This document shows positions 1 through 8,908 of a DNA stretch of 64,000 nt, one piece after another. Source of the DNA: Promethearchaeia archaeon (GTDB lineage: Archaea > Asgardarchaeota > Lokiarchaeia > Sigyniarchaeales > SOKP01). The DNA lies in the NCBI GenBank assembly GCA_029856045.1, contig JAHQWG010000025.1, positions 64,001 through 128,000 of the forward strand, read 5' to 3'. The notes beneath the pieces were generated by a model. The model made no database searches. It saw only the letters and a list, made by a program, of their open reading frames with translations, and was not told where the DNA came from. The number at the start of each line of letters is the position of its first letter. The stretch's first letter is position 1. The translations under genes and the position numbers were made by a program.

Positions 1-1
1 T

Positions 2-442
2 TCATTAAAATTAGTTAAACATCTTAACCTAATTGGAATAAATGGGTTTGATTTTGTATTAAAAAATGGATGCCCATATTTAATGGAAATAAATCCTAGA
101 ATCCCAGGTTCGATAAATGCAGCAGAAGTTGCACTGAAAAGAAATTTAATTGATGAACATATTAATTGCTGCTTAAATCCAGATAAAGAAATTATAATTT
201 CAAATCTAGATATTAATACTAATTTTGTCTCAAAATTTATTTATTTCGCTCCAAAGTTGATTTCTTATCACAAAATTGAGAAGTTAAAGCAAATTATTAA
301 TGTGGAAGATATTCCAGCGCCAGGTAGAGATATTCAACCATTTGAACCATTATGTTCTATTTTATATAAAGCAGATAACTACTCAAAAGCATATAAGGGA
401 GCATTGAGTATAGTAGAATCGATAGAATTACTGATAAAATAA
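2..442 (+). CDS. ATP-grasp ligase family protein, 5'-truncated by the window edge
   Basis: Frame is open from position 2 and reads LIGINGFDFVLKNGCPYLMEINPR, the ATP-grasp G-x-x-G-x-D-F ... E-x-N-P-R motifs. Confidence 0.8.
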   Translation, partial: SLKLVKHLNLIGINGFDFVLKNGCPYLMEINPRIPGSINAAEVALKRNLIDEHINCCLNPDKEIIISNLDINTNFVSKFIYFAPKLISYHKIEKLKQIINVEDIPAPGRDIQPFEPLCSILYKADNYSKAYKGALSIVESIELLIK

Positions 443-448
443 AAGTTT

Positions 449-1186
449 TTATTTATTTTCCTTGATTATTTCTTTTATTCTAGCTATATATTTACCAATT
501 TGATCTTCTCTCCTATCTGGAATTGCTACACATAATATTCTATTATCATCAATCTGATGCACTATAATAGAACCATCTTCACTAGTAAGAATTGAATATA
601 CAACAGTCTTTTTCAACAATACATCTGTAAGATTAAATAAAGCCGATGTAATCGCAGAGATCATAGGATCAGGCATAACTGATTGAATCTTTACAGGTAA
701 TCCAGATCTTGTAATTATTGCTATTGATATTGCCGTTGGAATTGCTCTTTTTATCTCAACGAATATATCTTTTTTAATATATTCCGAGGTTTCGATAAAA
801 GCAGAAACTTTAATTGCAAAATCCGTTATTTTTTTCTGATATAAACCGATTCCTTCCAATTCTGCTAATTCTCTATCTAAGAACACAGAAACGTTGATAT
901 TATTAGCTAAGACATTTATTAATATTTCATTTTTGGCAACGGTTGTGTGATATTTTACTTTTTGGTTTAATAATTGCTTTGAAATATTTGAAGATAAAAA
1001 CATTAAACTGCTTGAAGCAGCAACTACTTCATTCGCTGATAATTTAATATCTTTTTTAAAATTAGTACTTATTATCTGACCTGTCTCCGTACCTATACTA
1101 ATACCAAGAATTGCTGAATTTTCATCCATCTCTTTTAAAATAAGGTCGTCAATTTCGCCAAGAAATTCTTTTGATTTAGAACCCAT
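449..1186 (-). CDS. Tandem Roadblock/LC7 (MglB-like) domain protein
   Basis: Two ~120-aa repeats with the Roadblock pattern: ILGISIGTETGQII...VAASSSL and ISIAIITRSGLPV...ISAITSALF...IGKYIARIK. Confidence 0.75.
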   Translation of the reverse strand: MGSKSKEFLGEIDDLILKEMDENSAILGISIGTETGQIISTNFKKDIKLSANEVVAASSSLMFLSSNISKQLLNQKVKYHTTVAKNEILINVLANNINVSVFLDRELAELEGIGLYQKKITDFAIKVSAFIETSEYIKKDIFVEIKRAIPTAISIAIITRSGLPVKIQSVMPDPMISAITSALFNLTDVLLKKTVVYSILTSEDGSIIVHQIDDNRILCVAIPDRREDQIGKYIARIKEIIKENK

Positions 1187-1364
1187 GATTTTATCATAAT
1201 AATAGAGTTATATAAATCTTAGTTCTTTTATAGATAAATGATATTCTTAAAAAATGAGATTGTTGTTAACTAATGTTTAAATTGAAATACTACAATTTAT
1301 ATTATTATTTTATATTGCAATTATTAGAATATATAATTTGAACTTAGATTTGGGTTAAATAAAT

Positions 1365-2246
1365 ATGAGCAATTCTGAAATTGAAGATTTAAAACAAAAA
1401 CTTGCAGAAAAGGAAAAAGAGCTTGAAGAATTAAGGAAAACTTACAAGGAATATAAAGAGATAAGTGATTCACTCTCTGAACAGATTAAATTAAAAGATA
1501 ATCAAATCAATACTATCAGTACGACTATTAAAACCAAGGATGATTTAATAAAAACTATAAAAGATTCAATTGAATTAAAAAATTCTCAGATTGATGTATT
1601 GCAAAAAACAGTTGAAACAAAAAATAAAACGATAAATGATTTGTCTCAGCAATTAGATTCAACAATTAATGAGAGTGTTTCAAAAGAAAATGATAAAAAG
1701 ATCGCAGAATTAGAAAATGAATTAGGTAAATTAAATGAAGAATTGGCTACAACCGATGATGAAATAGAACGATTAAGTAATGAACTTGAAAATATGCAGT
1801 CTAAAGCAAGTATAACAAAAGATCTGTTCATCGATTTTACAGATATTGAAATAAATAGAGATGAAATTATAAAAAAAATGAAAGAAATATTATTAAATGC
1901 TTTACATTCAGTTTCAATTTCAAGTCCGTCAATTTCAGATCTGCAAGATTTAGATTTATATGAAGTGAAATCCTCAGTAAATATGAGGATAAGCTGTTTA
2001 ATAGATCCAAGCGTCGAAGAACATATTGACCTTTTAGAAGAGTTTGAAAGCCTTGATAATGTCAATATAAGAAGTTATGAACGTGAAGATCGGTGGCTTA
2101 TTTTTAGAGATGGAGAGGAATTATTTTTTTGCGCTGTTGGGACTAAACCTAATAATTATTTAGCTTTTTATACAAAAGATTCTGCTCATATTACATTGTT
2201 TAACAGTTTAATAATGGAAACTTGGCTAAGATCAAGAAAAATTTAG
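1365..2246 (+). CDS. Long coiled-coil protein with C-terminal TrmB-effector/PLD-like alpha/beta domain
   Basis: aa 1-150 show a heptad pattern. The C-terminal pattern ILLNALHSVSISSP...NVNIRSY...LIFRDGEELF...W resembles the TrmB C-terminal/PLD-like fold, with no HKD motif. Confidence 0.55.
   Translation: MSNSEIEDLKQKLAEKEKELEELRKTYKEYKEISDSLSEQIKLKDNQINTISTTIKTKDDLIKTIKDSIELKNSQIDVLQKTVETKNKTINDLSQQLDSTINESVSKENDKKIAELENELGKLNEELATTDDEIERLSNELENMQSKASITKDLFIDFTDIEINRDEIIKKMKEILLNALHSVSISSPSISDLQDLDLYEVKSSVNMRISCLIDPSVEEHIDLLEEFESLDNVNIRSYEREDRWLIFRDGEELFFCAVGTKPNNYLAFYTKDSAHITLFNSLIMETWLRSRKI
1485..1652 (+). repeat. Four 14-aa coiled-coil repeats
   Basis: IKLKDNQINTISTT / IKTKDDLIKTIKDS / IELKNSQIDVLQKT / VETKNKTINDLSQQ. 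Confidence 0.7.
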
Positions 2247-2270
2247 ATTCGAAGTAGTATATATTTCATG

Positions 2271-3284
2271 TTAAGTATTTAACAATTTTTTTTTCCATTC
2301 TTCAGCTTTTTTCTTAATACTGTTTTTAAATTCAACAGTAAGTTCTCCTTTTTTTCGATTTACATTTGAAGCAACTTTTATCATATCAAATAATACTTTA
2401 TGAAATTGAACAAATGTCTTTAATAAATCAGATGTTAATTTAATTATTGAGCCTAACTGTTGGTGATTCTCAGATAAATCAATATCTATCATTAAATTAT
2501 GAAATATATCGTCCGTATTTTGCATATTTAAAATTTTCTCTGGCATTTTCTTTAATGGTTCTTTAATTTTTTTTACCTGTTCCAATTTGGGAGATAAACT
2601 TTCATCAGCTACAGTTTTAATTGGTATTTCTGCAATCTCTGGTTTTAAAGGCTTCTTTTTAATCTGGGTTGCGGATTTTGAATTTGGTTTCATCTCTTCT
2701 AATGGAGTTGCTTGAGGTTTAATTTCTTGTTGTGACTTAGAAGAAGTTTTTAATTTAGGTGCTAATTTTGGCACTGGAGTTAGATTTTTATCGGTTGATA
2801 TTGATTGTTTTAATTTCGGCAATGGAGTTAAGATAATATCTGATTCTGGCATACTTTTTGGCGCTGGGATGGGGGCTGGTTGTTCATGGGGTAATACACT
2901 TGGAGTTTTTTTTTTTTTTACAACTTTTTTTTGCATAGCCTTAGGTTTCTCTTCTAACATAGCATCTAATGCATCCAAAGCATCAGTTATATCTTGAGTT
3001 GGTTTTGAATCTTTTTTTTCTATTATAGTAGATTTAATTTCTGGCATATCTGAAACCTTTTGATTCAATTCTGTGATATCTTTTATTAGATCTGACATAC
3101 TTTGCTTATATTCATCACTTTGAATTTGAATTTCACTGATATTATCTAGAGTTTTTTGAATGGAAGTAATCGATTCATAAATCTCATTAAATTTTGATAT
3201 CAAACCTGATGCAACATCATTAAATCTATTTGAAAATTTCTCAAGAATTCCTTTTAATGTTTTTATATTATTATTTTCGGACAT
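2271..3284 (-). CDS. Hypothetical protein: N-terminal coiled coil, Pro/Lys-rich linker, C-terminal helical domain (possibly Vps28-CTD-like)
   Basis: 337-aa ORF with a low-complexity centre. The last ~80 aa align with the C-terminus of 17301..18686. Confidence 0.6.
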   Translation of the reverse strand: MSENNNIKTLKGILEKFSNRFNDVASGLISKFNEIYESITSIQKTLDNISEIQIQSDEYKQSMSDLIKDITELNQKVSDMPEIKSTIIEKKDSKPTQDITDALDALDAMLEEKPKAMQKKVVKKKKTPSVLPHEQPAPIPAPKSMPESDIILTPLPKLKQSISTDKNLTPVPKLAPKLKTSSKSQQEIKPQATPLEEMKPNSKSATQIKKKPLKPEIAEIPIKTVADESLSPKLEQVKKIKEPLKKMPEKILNMQNTDDIFHNLMIDIDLSENHQQLGSIIKLTSDLLKTFVQFHKVLFDMIKVASNVNRKKGELTVEFKNSIKKKAEEWKKKLLNT

Positions 3285-3413
3285 AATTTATTTCACGTTT
3301 TATTATTGATTTTATCCAATTTTCATTATTCTACAAAAAATTTTTTATATTCTATTAATAGATATAAATTGAACTATAAAAATTGATCTTAGAGTAGTTT
3401 ATTTGATATAAAA

Positions 3414-3860
3414 ATGAAGCTAGATAGGAACTTTATTGGTTATGAATTTCAATCAAGTGAAATATCTATCACACGATGGGAAATTGCTCAATTTGCAAAT
3501 GCAATTAGAGATTCTAATCCAATTTATTATAATTTAAATGAAGGAAAAAAGCAGGGTTTTAAGGATATCCCATGTCCACCTACATTTTATACTAAATTTA
3601 CTTTTTCAGGGGAAAAGAATTTTTTTACTACGCTGGGAATTGATTATAAGAAATTATTAGATGGTGGTAGGGAGTATAAATATTATTCTCCATGTGTTGC
3701 GGGAGATATTATTATATATCAAACCAAAGTACAAAGCATCGATGAAAAGGAAAGTAAAAGAGGTAAAATGGATATAGTAATAGCAATTACAACAGGAAAA
3801 AATAAAGAAACTAAAGAAAAATTGTGGGACTCAATATGCACATTAATTGTATTTCATTAG
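3414..3860 (+). CDS. MaoC-like hotdog dehydratase, HadA/FAS1-N type subunit
   Basis: IAQFANAIRDSNPIY...PPTF...LLDGGREYKYYSP..AGD. Confidence 0.85.
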   Translation: MKLDRNFIGYEFQSSEISITRWEIAQFANAIRDSNPIYYNLNEGKKQGFKDIPCPPTFYTKFTFSGEKNFFTTLGIDYKKLLDGGREYKYYSPCVAGDIIIYQTKVQSIDEKESKRGKMDIVIAITTGKNKETKEKLWDSICTLIVFH

Positions 3861-3956
3861 GGAAAGTCTGGACAATGAAGATTTATAATTTAGAAGGTAA
3901 AACTTGAAAAAAAAAAATTGAATTTATATTAATGACATAATTTATAAAGGATTTAT

Positions 3957-4526
3957 ATGATTAAAAATAAAATCAGTCCCGGGATTTATTTATATCCAAT
4001 GCCTATTGTTATAATAGGAGCCAATGTAAAAGGTAAGGCAAACTTTATGACAATTGCATGGTGCAGTATTGTAGAACATAAACCTCCAATGATCTCGATC
4101 TCTGCGAGTAAAACTCATTACACAAATATAGGAATAAATAAGAATCAAACATTTAGTGTAAATATTCCATCTGAGGATATGGTTGAATTAACTGACTATA
4201 TCGGCTTAAAATCAGGTAGAGATATAGATAAATCAAGTTTATTTAATATTTTTTATGGAGAATTACAAACAGCACCTATGATTGAAGAAACACCAATAAA
4301 TCTTGAGTGTAAGTTAGTAAAAACAATTGATATGAATAAAGGGCACGATCTTTTTATCGGAGAAATAGTTCAAGCTTATGCTAATGAAGAATACTTAACA
4401 AATGGGATACCTGATATAAAAAAATTTTTCCCACTTGTATTTTCAATTAATGATAATAATTACTGGAAAGTTGGAGAGCATATTGGTAGAGCTTGGAGCG
4501 TAGGAAAAAAATATAATAGTAAATAG
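3957..4526 (+). CDS. Flavin reductase family protein (flavoredoxin-like)
   Basis: LYPMPIVIIGA...NFMTIAW...PPMISI...NLECK...HDLFIGEIV. Confidence 0.9.
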   Translation: MIKNKISPGIYLYPMPIVIIGANVKGKANFMTIAWCSIVEHKPPMISISASKTHYTNIGINKNQTFSVNIPSEDMVELTDYIGLKSGRDIDKSSLFNIFYGELQTAPMIEETPINLECKLVKTIDMNKGHDLFIGEIVQAYANEEYLTNGIPDIKKFFPLVFSINDNNYWKVGEHIGRAWSVGKKYNSK

Positions 4527-4567
4527 TTAAATGTTAATAAACTTGGAAAAAAAAATAGGTAAAAACA

Positions 4568-4987
4568 TTGAAAAATAAATTAAAGTTTGAAGAAGTTTCG
4601 GAAGGTTTAGAACTTCCAGAAGTTAAGAATGGTCCAATTTATCGACAACAACTGGTAGATTATGCATCAGCATCAGGAGATTATAATAAATTACACTATG
4701 ATGAAGGTTTCGCAAAACAGACTGGAATATCTGGATGTATTGCACATGGAATGCTTGTAATGGCTATGGTTGGAAGCTATCTTACTGACTGGGCAAAGGG
4801 TGGAATTTTAAAAAATTTTAAAATTAGGTTTGTTGGTATGACAAATGAAAATGATACTTTATCATTTACAGGAAAAGTTTTAAAAAAATATAAAGAAAAT
4901 GGCGACAATCTCGTTCAAATTGAAGTTATAAGTAAAACTCAAGATGAAAGAATTACCACCACGGGCTCTGCAATAATTGCCATATGA
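4568..4987 (+). CDS. MaoC family dehydratase (HadB-like catalytic subunit)
   Basis: Hydratase-2 motif YASASGDYNKLHYD...IAHGML. Confidence 0.9.
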   Translation: MKNKLKFEEVSEGLELPEVKNGPIYRQQLVDYASASGDYNKLHYDEGFAKQTGISGCIAHGMLVMAMVGSYLTDWAKGGILKNFKIRFVGMTNENDTLSFTGKVLKKYKENGDNLVQIEVISKTQDERITTTGSAIIAI

Positions 4988-5008
4988 TTAAGATGAAGAA
5001 AAAAAAGA

Positions 5009-5851
5009 TTAGATCAATTCGATTGAAACTTCCTCATCAAACTTTAGCATGATTATTTTTATTTCCGGATGATTTTCTTCCATATATTTAAAGAATGGTT
5101 TTAAGTTTACAGTCCAGCTAATTGGAGGGTAAAAATCATCCCAATGTATTGGAATCACAATCTTAGGTTTTAATACATCTATAATAATTCCAGCTTTTTT
5201 TGCAATATGTTTTTTACTATTTCCAGCTAAAGGAGCAAGAAAAATATCACAATTTTCATATTGTTCTAATATTTCCGGAAATTTGTGCCAAAGGCTGCCA
5301 AATGATACTATTTTTTTATTGTTGAAATAAGTACAAAATCCAAAAACTTTTCCTTTTGGAAAACCTTTTCCATAGGGTAATAATCTTTTTATTTGTTTCA
5401 GTACCTTCCATGAAAATAATTTTGATAATAGTGTTCTAGCATCAAACACAATGTGTTCTGATTTTATAGTTTCTACAGTAACTTTTTCATTAATTTTAAT
5501 TCTTTCAAAGTAATCAATAGGTTTTATATTATTCTTTCCTCTATCGGAAAGCGGGAAAGTATGTTCCTCGATAATTTTTCCTTCTGCCCAACTTATCATA
5601 TTCTCCTTAGCTGTTTCTGAGGCATAAACGGGGATATCTAATGTTTCGGCAAAAAAAGCAGCATCTACAGAATGATCAAAATGTCCATGTGTAATAAAAA
5701 TAGCGCTAATATCCTTAATATCCTCTCTTTTAGTTCTTAATATAGGGATTGATTGTTCATTTCGATAAAAAAATGGGTCGAAAAGTATATTCGTACCCTC
5801 AATATCTAAAATAAAACCGGCAGTTCCCAACCAACTAATTTTTGCTATCAT
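5009..5851 (-). CDS. Metallo-beta-lactamase fold hydrolase (UlaG-like)
   Basis: WLGTAGF...ILFDPF...THGHFDH...IPIHWDDF. Confidence 0.9.
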   Translation of the reverse strand: MIAKISWLGTAGFILDIEGTNILFDPFFYRNEQSIPILRTKREDIKDISAIFITHGHFDHSVDAAFFAETLDIPVYASETAKENMISWAEGKIIEEHTFPLSDRGKNNIKPIDYFERIKINEKVTVETIKSEHIVFDARTLLSKLFSWKVLKQIKRLLPYGKGFPKGKVFGFCTYFNNKKIVSFGSLWHKFPEILEQYENCDIFLAPLAGNSKKHIAKKAGIIIDVLKPKIVIPIHWDDFYPPISWTVNLKPFFKYMEENHPEIKIIMLKFDEEVSIELI

Positions 5852-5969
5852 ATACTTTTATTTATTAATTGAAATTTTATTTAATAATAATTTTTTACTT
5901 CTGGTCCTATAAAGTTTTTATGCAAATATTAAAGGAAATTATAATAAAAAGAATTTTTTAAACAAGAAA

Positions 5970-6284
5970 ATTGTTAAGAAAGAAAATGTTATTGTTGTTG
6001 GAGCGGGGATCGGCGGATTGAGTTGTGCTGCTTTATTATCCCACGGAGGACATAAAGTTGTCGTTTTAGAAAAAAATTCTTACATTGATGGTGCTTGTAG
6101 TTCTTATAAAAAACAAGGACATAGTTTTGACCGAGCTGTTCATTTATTTACTGCAGGTTTAAACGATCCCTACGGCATAATTTTAAAAAGATTTGGTCTA
6201 GATAATTTAAAATTTATAAAGGCAATCAATACTAGAACAGCAATGAAAATATATCAGAAAGAAGGTTATTTTTCAATTGATTGA
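5970..6284 (+). pseudogene. N-terminal fragment of a phytoene-desaturase-like FAD oxidoreductase
   Basis: In frame upstream of the called TTG: ENVIVVGAGIGGLSCAALL...VLEKN..IDGACSS....HSFD. Stops after ~105 codons and has no ATG. Confidence 0.75.
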
Positions 6285-6398
6285 ATCAAAAAATAGTCCT
6301 AAGAATTCTTATCCCATGAATATCTTTAGTCCCAATTAACTCAAAACCAAATTTTTTAAAGTTAATTTGAAAATTATAAAAAGAGAAGGGAAAAATTA

Positions 6399-6692
6399 TT
6401 ATAATTTATGATTCTGTAAAAGAATGTTAATTTTTTTAAAAAGAATCATAAAAATCAAAAGAATCAAACCACCTATTGCAAGAATATTTCCTAAAACAAT
6501 TGTATTAAAGACCCAATCAAATGGGTTGGTTAATCTAGCAGTTAACTGATAAAGCAAACTATCTGGAGGCGTTGTTTTTAACTTAAAAATCATGAAAAGT
6601 GATGCCACTTCTATTAAAATGATTCCCAATGTCATTATTCCAAAACTAAAATAAATCAAACTATTAATTATAAAATTTTTAATTGATTTCAT
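6399..6692 (-). CDS. Small two-TM membrane protein
   Basis: 97 aa with two hydrophobic segments, ATG start. Confidence 0.55.
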   Translation of the reverse strand: MKSIKNFIINSLIYFSFGIMTLGIILIEVASLFMIFKLKTTPPDSLLYQLTARLTNPFDWVFNTIVLGNILAIGGLILLIFMILFKKINILLQNHKL

Positions 6693-6820
6693 AATTTATT
6701 ATACTCATATTAAAAATTTAATTCTTTTCTAGAATTAATATATGTTTTAAAGCTAATCTAAAAGTTATAAAATAAAAATATAATAAAAAAAATTTGATAA
6801 AAACATTTTTATTCCTAAGA

Positions 6821-6994
6821 TGCTTAGCTCTCACACCTGCTCAAACAGGTAAAAATAAACTATCTTCTGTTTTACCCATCGAGGGGCTATATGTAGCTGG
6901 AATCACTGCAGGAACGGATGCTCACGGAATTGGGACGCAGCTGGCCGCGGATTCGAGCATAAAATGCACAGATTTAATTTTACATCGTTGTTAA
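6821..6994 (+). pseudogene. C-terminal fragment of the same phytoene-desaturase-like oxidoreductase
   Basis: LALTPAQTG...LPIEGLYVAG...GIGTQLAADS, a typical COG1233 C-terminus (PIxGLYxxG...GxG..A..S). Confidence 0.7.
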
Positions 6995-7012
6995 TATTTT
7001 TCTGATATTCTT

Positions 7013-7855
7013 TCAAAAATCAATATATTCTTTTTTTCGTTTTGTGAATCGAACCAATTGATTAAAACCGTTCCTTTTTAATTCTGATAAAACATCTTTA
7101 AACATATACCCCACTTCACTTAAAAGATGTGCATCTGAACCTAATATTATTGATATATCCAAATTGTGCATTTCTCTAATTATTTCCCAACTAGGATATT
7201 GTTCTTTTACATCTTTTCGAAATCCACCTGTATTTATCTCAATAACCATATCATTTCTCTTTATGGATTTTAAGACTTTAATTACTTTCTCAAAAATTCT
7301 ATCATGGTTTTTAGGGAATTTTCTAAATTTTTTAGGTAAATCAAAATGTGCTACTACATCGAATAAATTTGACTCCACTAAATGAAGTAGTTTATCATAA
7401 TACTGTTCGTAAATCGAATCAATATCATAATTATTATAATTTTCGATGAAATATGGGTCATCAAAACACCATGCTCCTAATCTACTCATTAAAACATGGC
7501 ATGACCCAAAAACAAAATCTAATTTATCCGAAAATTTATTTAGTGCATTTGAGATCTCTACTTCTTGCCCTTTCATATAATCAACTTCAATTCCAAGTTT
7601 TACAGAAATTTTTTCACTATACTTAACTTTTAATCTCTCTGCTTCATTAATATAATCGGTAAATTCATCCATTGTCATAGCATATTTTTCAGTTGGGATG
7701 TTTTCAGGTAAGTAATACATTGGAAAATGATCACAAAAACCAATTTCACCCAATCCAATTTTAATTGCGGCTTTAACGTAATCTTCTAAATTTCCTTCTG
7801 CATGTCTACACAGTTGATTGTGAGTGTGATAATCAGATATATGCTTTAAATTCAT
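7013..7855 (-). CDS. Histidinol-phosphatase, PHP/HisJ family
   Basis: DYHTH..LCRHAEG, FCDH, GIEVD, GSCH, AHFDL, EINT.G, GSDAH. Confidence 0.9.
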   Translation of the reverse strand: MNLKHISDYHTHNQLCRHAEGNLEDYVKAAIKIGLGEIGFCDHFPMYYLPENIPTEKYAMTMDEFTDYINEAERLKVKYSEKISVKLGIEVDYMKGQEVEISNALNKFSDKLDFVFGSCHVLMSRLGAWCFDDPYFIENYNNYDIDSIYEQYYDKLLHLVESNLFDVVAHFDLPKKFRKFPKNHDRIFEKVIKVLKSIKRNDMVIEINTGGFRKDVKEQYPSWEIIREMHNLDISIILGSDAHLLSEVGYMFKDVLSELKRNGFNQLVRFTKRKKEYIDF

Positions 7856-8002
7856 TTTATGATGCCCAAATGGTGATTTATAAAAACCTCAAAATTTGTT
7901 ATTTATTTTATAAATTTAAGAGATTAGTTAAATGTTTCAAAAACCTTCAAAAGAAAAATTAAACGAATTAAGAACTATTTAAATATTTTATTATTAATAT
8001 AA

Positions 8003-8824
8003 ATGATGAGTTCTTTTAAAGAAAAAATTTTTGATGGACCATATGAAGTTGTGGAAATTCAAATAACGAATGAAGGAAAAAAATTTCGAGGGATAATCTA
8101 TTTCCCTGATAAAAATAAATTTAAAAAACCTTTTCCCGTTATTATCTATTTTCAAGGTTTCCCTCAAATTCTTCCATTTTTTCATATAATTCAAGAACTT
8201 AAATATTTATTAAATTTAGGATTCGCTATTATCCTTGTTTATTTAAGAGGGTATAAATTTAGTGAAGGAACTATATCTATTCAGGGGCAAATTTCTGATG
8301 GTTTGAAAATAATTGATTTTCTTGAATTAATGGCAAAAAAATCTGTTATTGATAATAAATATATAAATATATTAGCTCGGGATTTTGGAGCTTTTATTTC
8401 ACTTGCGATTTCTTCAAAAATTGATAAAATAAATTATTTGGGAATTTTAAATCCAATATTAGATGTATCTAAGCATATTGAAAGTAAAAAATTTCACGAA
8501 ACTCTGAACTATATTAATAAATTTTTGCCAGGGATGATTCATGGAATAGAAAATGTAGACAAATTTATAAAAAATACAATAATAGAACTTAGAGATTATC
8601 CGATTCAAAAAATTATTTCTCATTTGAATGCCAAGAAAATTATGGTAATTCTTGGAGAAAAAGATAAAATAACACCTTTAGAGGAATTTTACAGAATTTT
8701 TAATAATTGCAATGTCTCATTTATAGAAGTAATTATTGATAAAATGGAACACGAACCTGCATTTGAGATAGAAAAAAATTTAATTGAACAAGAATTCTCA
8801 ACATTTTTTAAAGAATTAATTTAA
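8003..8824 (+). CDS. Alpha/beta hydrolase with atypical nucleophile elbow
   Basis: PVIIYFQGF, LRGYKFSEG, ARDFG in place of GxSxG, GEKDKITP, MEH. Confidence 0.75.
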   Translation: MMSSFKEKIFDGPYEVVEIQITNEGKKFRGIIYFPDKNKFKKPFPVIIYFQGFPQILPFFHIIQELKYLLNLGFAIILVYLRGYKFSEGTISIQGQISDGLKIIDFLELMAKKSVIDNKYINILARDFGAFISLAISSKIDKINYLGILNPILDVSKHIESKKFHETLNYINKFLPGMIHGIENVDKFIKNTIIELRDYPIQKIISHLNAKKIMVILGEKDKITPLEEFYRIFNNCNVSFIEVIIDKMEHEPAFEIEKNLIEQEFSTFFKELI

Positions 8825-8908
8825 ATAAAAACGATTTTATTTCATTAAAAATGAATTTAATTATATTTTTCATTTTATTATTTCACTTAAAAAAGTAAAT
8901 TATTCAAA

